Program-made: the position numbers and the translations under genes
Notes under the pieces: model-generated
Databases searched by the model: none
Seen by the model: only the letters and a program-made list of their open reading frames with translations
Told to the model about the DNA's origin: nothing
Source: Promethearchaeati archaeon
GTDB lineage: Archaea; Asgardarchaeota; Heimdallarchaeia; JABLTI01
Length of the DNA stretch: 12,968 bases
Reading direction: 5' to 3'
Assembly (NCBI GenBank): GCA_013166835.1
Contig: JABLTI010000075.1
Location: 1 to 12,968, forward strand
In this document: piece by piece, positions 8,272-12,968 of the stretch
Layout of the letters: the number at the start of each line of letters is the position of its first letter
Position numbering within the stretch: the stretch's first letter is position 1

Positions 8272-8391
8272 GAAATTAATGTAGTCAATCTTTAGCTGTT
8301 TTAATTCTTTATCCGATTTTTTTTCTGAAATTCTACAAACCTACCTTCAATATAATTACATTCTCCCTACTATTTAAAGAATTTTTCCAAG

Positions 8392-8438
8392 TTTTCGTTA
8401 TTTTCTGAATTTTCGCAAATTTCTGAAAACATTTATAT
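8392..8438 (+). promoter_or_regulatory. Tandem 18-bp operator-like repeat abutting a BRE/TATA-like promoter
   Basis: TTTTCG-ttat-TTTCTGAA (8392-8409) and TTTTCG-caaa-TTTCTGAA (8410-8427), then TTTATAT (8432-8438). A TATA-like TTTAAATA lies on the minus strand at about 8371-8378. Confidence 0.6.
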
Positions 8439-8509
8439 TCATAGTTAACACTTTAACAAATAGATGCTAGAAATAAGGATAGCATCATATAAATCTAGGA
8501 GAACTCGTA

Positions 8510-9448
8510 TTGAGTAATAAAACTCAAGATATCGTTCTAAATGTTACAAATCTAACAAAAATTTATGGTAGAAATATTTCATTGGGAAAATGGAATATTA
8601 GCAAGCGAGTTGTTGGAGCAGAGAAAGTATCCTTTGATGTAAAGAAAGGTGAAATTTTTGGTTTCTTGGGACCAAATGGTGCTGGAAAAACCACAACTAT
8701 TAGATCAATTCTTGACTACTTACATATCCAAGAGGGTAAGATAACTGTCTTCGGCTTTGATCATCATAAAGATGCTCTAGAAATTCGAAAGCGAATTGGT
8801 TATGTTCCTGGTGATCTCTCTCTCTATGAAGATTTCACTGGTTTAGAATTGATTAAATATTTTAATAAATTTAGACAGTATGATAATGATTTCTTGGAAG
8901 AGTTAAAATCTATCTTCAAAGTTGATTTATCGACGAAAGTCAAAATCCTTTCAAAGGGCAACCGACAACAAATTGGACTAATACTTGCATTAGCACCTAA
9001 ACCTGATTTTCTTATCTTTGATGAACCATCAGCAGGTTTAGATCCCTTGATTACAGCTCAATTTCATCGATTATTGAAACGATTAACAAAGGAAGGAATC
9101 ACTATTTTCCTAAGTTCTCATGACCTTTCCGAAGTGCAGAATATTTGTGATCGAGTTGGTATCATAAAGGATGGAAAAATGATTCTAGTTGAAGAAATGG
9201 AAAATCTAAAATCAAAATTTCTGCAGATTGTTGACGTTATTTTTGAAGGCGATAATGTACCATCAGATGACAAATTACTAGCATTAGAGACTATTATTGA
9301 TATTTCAGTTAGGAACACACATCACTTCAAGTTAAGGATAAAGGAAGATGTTAATGAAATTCTACAGTTTCTCTCATCTTTTTCAGTAAGCCGATTGGAA
9401 ATAAAAGACGCTTCTCTAGAAGAGATATTCTTACATTATTATGAATAG
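8510..9448 (+). CDS. ABC-2 type (multidrug exporter-like) transporter ATP-binding protein
   Basis: Walker A GPNGAGKTT, signature LSKGNRQ, Walker B LIFDEP, H-loop SSH. TTG start after AGGAG. Confidence 0.95.
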   Translation: MSNKTQDIVLNVTNLTKIYGRNISLGKWNISKRVVGAEKVSFDVKKGEIFGFLGPNGAGKTTTIRSILDYLHIQEGKITVFGFDHHKDALEIRKRIGYVPGDLSLYEDFTGLELIKYFNKFRQYDNDFLEELKSIFKVDLSTKVKILSKGNRQQIGLILALAPKPDFLIFDEPSAGLDPLITAQFHRLLKRLTKEGITIFLSSHDLSEVQNICDRVGIIKDGKMILVEEMENLKSKFLQIVDVIFEGDNVPSDDKLLALETIIDISVRNTHHFKLRIKEDVNEILQFLSSFSVSRLEIKDASLEEIFLHYYE

Positions 9449-9460
9449 GAGGATATCAAA

Positions 9461-10261
9461 TTGGTTAAAGTCATGTTAAAAGAAATGAGAAAGAAATTAT
9501 TATCAGGAATTCTTCCACCATTACTTGTCGTTCTTTTCGTACCAATGATTGCTAGTTTTTGGCCCACTTTCAAAGATCAGATTGCTGCTTTTCAGGAGCT
9601 TCTACAAAATCCTATATACATAGCTGTATTAGGACAACTTGGATTAGGCGACCTTTCATCATTTCAAGGATTTTACAATATGTACATTTTTGTTGTTTTG
9701 GAAATGGTTATGCTCTTCATCACAATAATAATTCCAGCAAGAATGATTACAACAGAGGTTGACAAGAGAACTTTAGATGTTACTCTAAGTTATCCAATTT
9801 CTAGGTGGCGATATCTATTGGAAAAATTTGGAGCTTATCTTATTTTCAATCTTCTATATCCAATACTAATGTTATCAGTAACGTTAATCTCTAACAAAAT
9901 TCTGAATGAGGAAATGAACTTTGTACTATTAACATATGGATTTATTGGATCGTGGTTACTTTTCTTTGCTTTAGGAGCAATTTCATTGCTTTGTGGTGCA
10001 ATTTTCCTTGAAGGTAAAAAAGCTATTACTGCTGCTGGTGGTATAATAGTTGGTATGTGGATTCTTGTGAGAATTGGAGGAATAGTTGAATCAGTCAATT
10101 TCTTGAAATATCTTTCCTTGTTCAATTATTTAAATACTGCAATAATCTTCTCTGAAGGTGTAATGCCATTAGATGAGCTATTTATCATTCTAGGAGTTGG
10201 CCTTGTTTCATTGTTTAGTGCACTAATCATTTTTGAAAAGAGAGAATTAGCTATTGTCTAA
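9461..10261 (+). CDS. ABC-2 type transporter permease subunit
   Basis: About six hydrophobic segments, EVDKRTLDVTLSYPISRWRYLLEK motif and FEKREL C-terminus; 12 bp after the ATPase with SD AGGAGG. Confidence 0.9.
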   Translation: MVKVMLKEMRKKLLSGILPPLLVVLFVPMIASFWPTFKDQIAAFQELLQNPIYIAVLGQLGLGDLSSFQGFYNMYIFVVLEMVMLFITIIIPARMITTEVDKRTLDVTLSYPISRWRYLLEKFGAYLIFNLLYPILMLSVTLISNKILNEEMNFVLLTYGFIGSWLLFFALGAISLLCGAIFLEGKKAITAAGGIIVGMWILVRIGGIVESVNFLKYLSLFNYLNTAIIFSEGVMPLDELFIILGVGLVSLFSALIIFEKRELAIV

Positions 10262-10328
10262 TTCTCTTAATTCATTTCTATCTATACTAGTTTTAGAAGT
10301 ACGATTTAAAATATAGAATAGAAATAAT

Positions 10329-10352
10329 TGGTGGGCCCTGCCGGATTCGAAA
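10329..10352 (-). repeat. tRNA 3'-end fragment, copy 4 (Ile/Val-like)
   Basis: Minus strand T-TTCGAAT-CCGGC-AGGGCCC-A-CCA; 22/24 identical to copy 5. Confidence 0.9.
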
Positions 10353-10508
10353 CAGCGTCTTTATAAAACTAATAACCAATGAAATATTTACTATAGATTT
10401 AAAGCAAATAGTGTGTAAATTTGTTTTTATTTTAGATTCCTTAAATAGAAAACACTTTTAAAAAATATCTCAAAAATGAACCCATTACCAATTAGGTGAT
10501 TAAATAAA

Positions 10509-11540
10509 ATGAACTATTTAGAAAATATCAAAGAAGTGTTGCGAAAATATCTATCTGATAAGAGAGATTCTGTATCACTGAGAATAGAAGACATTACTCA
10601 ATTTACTCAGGCTTTAGAAACTGAAATTTATTCTTTTTTAGAAATATTCACAATTGACAAAAAAGAGATTATAAGCAAACTAGTTTTACGGATGTATCCA
10701 AAAAGCTATCTAGGATTTGGGGTAAAACACGAATATAATATAATGCAAAACTTGTTAAAAGAAGGTTTTCAAGTTCCATCGGTACTTTTTTTTAATGAGA
10801 AAGAAGAAATTCTAGGAAAACCTTTCATGATTATGGAATTCATAGAAGGAGAAACATTAAATGATAAATTTTCTAAAGCTTCTCCAGATCAAATTCCAAA
10901 TCTAATGAAGCAATTTACTTCATTAATGGTTAATCTCCATAGTTTAGATTGGAAGAAGATTACTACCGGTAAAACTCAAATTGATATAAACAATCCTTAT
11001 TTTGCGACAGATTGTATTATTGATAATTTGTGTTCAATTACAGAGAAATTTAATAATAAAGAATATCAAGCTACAATTGAATGGCTTCAAGACCAAAAGG
11101 TAAATTATCCCGTTGAAAACTATTCTATTATCCACAAAGATTTCCATCCACTTAATATTATTGTCGCTGAAAATAATTCTTTATTTGTTATTGATTGGAG
11201 TCAAGCAAGAGTTTCAGATATACGAGATGACATTGCTCAAACATCTTTTCTATTTAATATATTTGGAGGTTCTCAACTAAATCCATTATTTTTCAAATAT
11301 TATGAAGACCTTTCGGGAAATTCAATAGGGGATTTAAAGTTTTACGAAGTCACTTCAGCTATTAGTTTACTCATATTTCTAACTTTACAAATTGGTAATT
11401 CCGATTTAAATGAAAATCAAGCTAAATTAATGAGTATTATTCAAATTCTAAATCCGATGTTACAAAGTGCTTATAATTATTTAATTGAAAGAACTAATAT
11501 TAGAATTCCTGAATTTGAAACAAAACTGGGATTGAAATGA
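10509..11540 (+). CDS. APH/choline-kinase-like phosphotransferase family protein
   Basis: LVLRMYP, HEY, MIMEFIEG, Brenner-type HKDFHPLN and VIDW motifs. SD-like AGGTGA upstream. Confidence 0.88.
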   Translation: MNYLENIKEVLRKYLSDKRDSVSLRIEDITQFTQALETEIYSFLEIFTIDKKEIISKLVLRMYPKSYLGFGVKHEYNIMQNLLKEGFQVPSVLFFNEKEEILGKPFMIMEFIEGETLNDKFSKASPDQIPNLMKQFTSLMVNLHSLDWKKITTGKTQIDINNPYFATDCIIDNLCSITEKFNNKEYQATIEWLQDQKVNYPVENYSIIHKDFHPLNIIVAENNSLFVIDWSQARVSDIRDDIAQTSFLFNIFGGSQLNPLFFKYYEDLSGNSIGDLKFYEVTSAISLLIFLTLQIGNSDLNENQAKLMSIIQILNPMLQSAYNYLIERTNIRIPEFETKLGLK

Positions 11541-11564
11541 AAAAAAGCTATCTTAGAAGCTAGT

Positions 11565-11588
11565 TGGTGGGCCCGGCCGGATTCGAAC
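11565..11588 (-). repeat. tRNA 3'-end fragment, copy 5 (Ile/Val-like, intact)
   Basis: Minus strand G-TTCGAAT-CCGGC-CGGGCCC-A-CCA, starting 25 bp after the phosphotransferase stop. Confidence 0.92.
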
Positions 11589-11690
11589 ACCTTTGGTAGA
11601 ATCATTAACATAGATATTTTTCCTAGACTAATAATAATCCCCTTATATTTACTACCGAAGTTGATTATAGAAATTAATGGAGACTGAACT

Positions 11691-12857
11691 TTGAACTTTA
11701 ATAGAAGTAAATCAGCTTTTCTACGATTTCTTACAATAGCTACTATCTTGGGTTTAATTATAGTTCCTAATGTTTTAGATACAAAATCGGAAACTGAATC
11801 AGATTATTTTCCAAAACCAAGATATGGGCATAATTTAGTCTACATTCCAACTGATGGTTCTATCTATCTTTATGGTGGAGATTATGGTTATCAATCAGGT
11901 GTACTACTTAAATCTCTTTGGCGTTTTAATCTAACATCAAGATTGTGGACTGAGATAGCGAGTGATATTGGTCCTCCATCAACAGAAAATTCTGGTTTTG
12001 TATACGATTCAAATAATAATCAATTGGTTCTCTATGGTGGTTTTAAAACTGATAATTACGATATGTTAGCAGATGTTTGGACATTTAATTTAGATGCACA
12101 GAACTGGACTGAACATTCCTTAGTTGTAAAACCGGATTCAAGAAGTGATTCAAGTTTCTATTATGATCCAAAAATTGATGGTTGTGTCTTGTATGGTGGC
12201 TATGCTGAAAATGATACACTTCTCTCTGATACTTGGATTTTCTTTACAAGCAATAACTCATGGTCAGAAATTATTACCACAAGTCCTGGATCAAGATATG
12301 GTCAACATATGGTCTATAATCCCCATGATGAAGTGGGATTGATGTTTGGAGGAAGAACTACTACATATACTGATGAAACTTGGCAATTCAATACAAGTGA
12401 TATGACGTGGTCTCAAATAATAACTGCTCATATGCCAACTAAAAGATACTGGTACTCCTATGCCATTGCTGAAGAAAGAAATGAATTCTATATCTTTAGT
12501 GGAAGAAATGATGGTTATCCAGATAGTGCAATTGGACATCTTGCTACTTACAATCTGATATCACAAGATTGGAATCAAACAATTTCAGCTGGTGAACCTA
12601 GTTCACGATTCATGTCGAGTATGGTTTATCACGAAGAATTTGATTGCCTATTCCTATTTAGTGGTACAAAAGGCTTCAACTCATATTTATACAACGATTA
12701 TTGGCTTTATCATATAAGTAATAAAACTTGGACCAGTTTTATACCAAATACTCCAACTGTTAATGCTAGCTTCGATAAGATGATAATTTCATCGACAATT
12801 ACACTTGCTTTTCTCTGTATCACAATTGTATATAAGAAGAAGAAGAAGAATAAATGA
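11691..12857 (+). CDS. Secreted, membrane-anchored Kelch-repeat beta-propeller protein
   Basis: Six repeats of the form P..R..H/S...Y......lyGG....d.W.f......W, with an N-terminal signal peptide and a C-terminal TM helix followed by KKKKKNK. Confidence 0.88.
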   Translation: MNFNRSKSAFLRFLTIATILGLIIVPNVLDTKSETESDYFPKPRYGHNLVYIPTDGSIYLYGGDYGYQSGVLLKSLWRFNLTSRLWTEIASDIGPPSTENSGFVYDSNNNQLVLYGGFKTDNYDMLADVWTFNLDAQNWTEHSLVVKPDSRSDSSFYYDPKIDGCVLYGGYAENDTLLSDTWIFFTSNNSWSEIITTSPGSRYGQHMVYNPHDEVGLMFGGRTTTYTDETWQFNTSDMTWSQIITAHMPTKRYWYSYAIAEERNEFYIFSGRNDGYPDSAIGHLATYNLISQDWNQTISAGEPSSRFMSSMVYHEEFDCLFLFSGTKGFNSYLYNDYWLYHISNKTWTSFIPNTPTVNASFDKMIISSTITLAFLCITIVYKKKKKNK

Positions 12858-12957
12858 TAGGCTATAACCTATTACACTTTCTTTTTTTTAAAACAATTCA
12901 TGTGGATTTCTTTTTTGTACAAAAATATTGAAGATGGAATTGAATAGAGAAATGAAT

Positions 12958-12968
12958 TGGTGGGCCCG
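12958..12968 (-). repeat. tRNA 3'-end, copy 6 (cut by the window edge; another fragment or the end of an intact tRNA gene)
   Basis: + strand TGGTGGGCCCG, 11/11 identical to the start of copy 5, with a similar AAATGAAT flank. Confidence 0.8.

Larger units (their letters stand above)
3877..12968. mobile_element. Putative array of gene cassettes delimited by tRNA-derived att-like direct repeats
   Basis: Six co-oriented tRNA 3' fragments, all intergenic, bounding five gene modules. No integrase in the window. Confidence 0.6.

Noticed and set aside
8463-8486. GATGCTA-N10-TAGCATC inverted repeat in the ABC operon leader
   Set aside because: The 7-bp stem is real but does not cover the SD and has no T-tract, so no function can be supported.
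10509-11540. Aminoglycoside resistance gene
   Set aside because: The motifs support only the broad APH/choline-kinase-like fold; substrate cannot be assigned.
2180-12539. Short alternative ORFs (2180-2374, 2773-2967, 4311-4613, 4749-5087, 6439-6657, 9118-9318, 9559-9762, 9835-10125, 12145-12342, 12291-12539)
   Set aside because: All overlap well-supported longer genes and show no recognisable motifs; treated as shadow ORFs.
3877-12968. Repeats as a CRISPR array or as intact tRNA genes
   Set aside because: Spacing is 0.37-3.2 kb and contains whole genes. Copies 1-5 lack the 5' acceptor strand, D-arm, anticodon arm and most of the 5' T-stem. Copy 6 cannot be judged.
3877-12968. Classical integron attC sites
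   Set aside because: No RYYYAAC...GTTRRRY bounded long imperfect palindrome. The elements match tRNA 3' ends instead, and no intI is present.

Overview
AT-rich prokaryotic window, probably archaeal and possibly Asgard-like. That assignment is inferred from TATA/BRE-like promoters, T-tract terminators, archaeal-style tRNA acceptor stems, frequent TTG starts and C-terminally anchored surface proteins. Genes: a partial ORF, a small hypothetical, a frameshifted surface protein, a neutral/alkaline ceramidase, an unannotated 48-aa Cys-rich microprotein, a DegV + alpha/beta hydrolase + PlsY-like lipid module, a double winged-helix regulator divergent from an ABC-2 exporter pair, an APH-family phosphotransferase and a Kelch-repeat surface protein. 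The main signal is six co-oriented copies of a GC-rich 24-bp element (3877, 4246, 7120, 10329, 11565, and 12958 cut by the window end). It is the reverse complement of a tRNA 3' end (T-loop, T-stem, acceptor strand, discriminator, CCA). The copies divide the region into self-contained, integrase-less gene modules of about 0.37-3.2 kb, resembling an integron-like cassette array that uses tRNA-derived attachment sites. Two tRNA types occur (Ala-like with U70; Ile/Val-like with C70), and within each type the leftmost copy is the most decayed. No integrase and no complete tRNA gene is visible, so the mobility model is inference.
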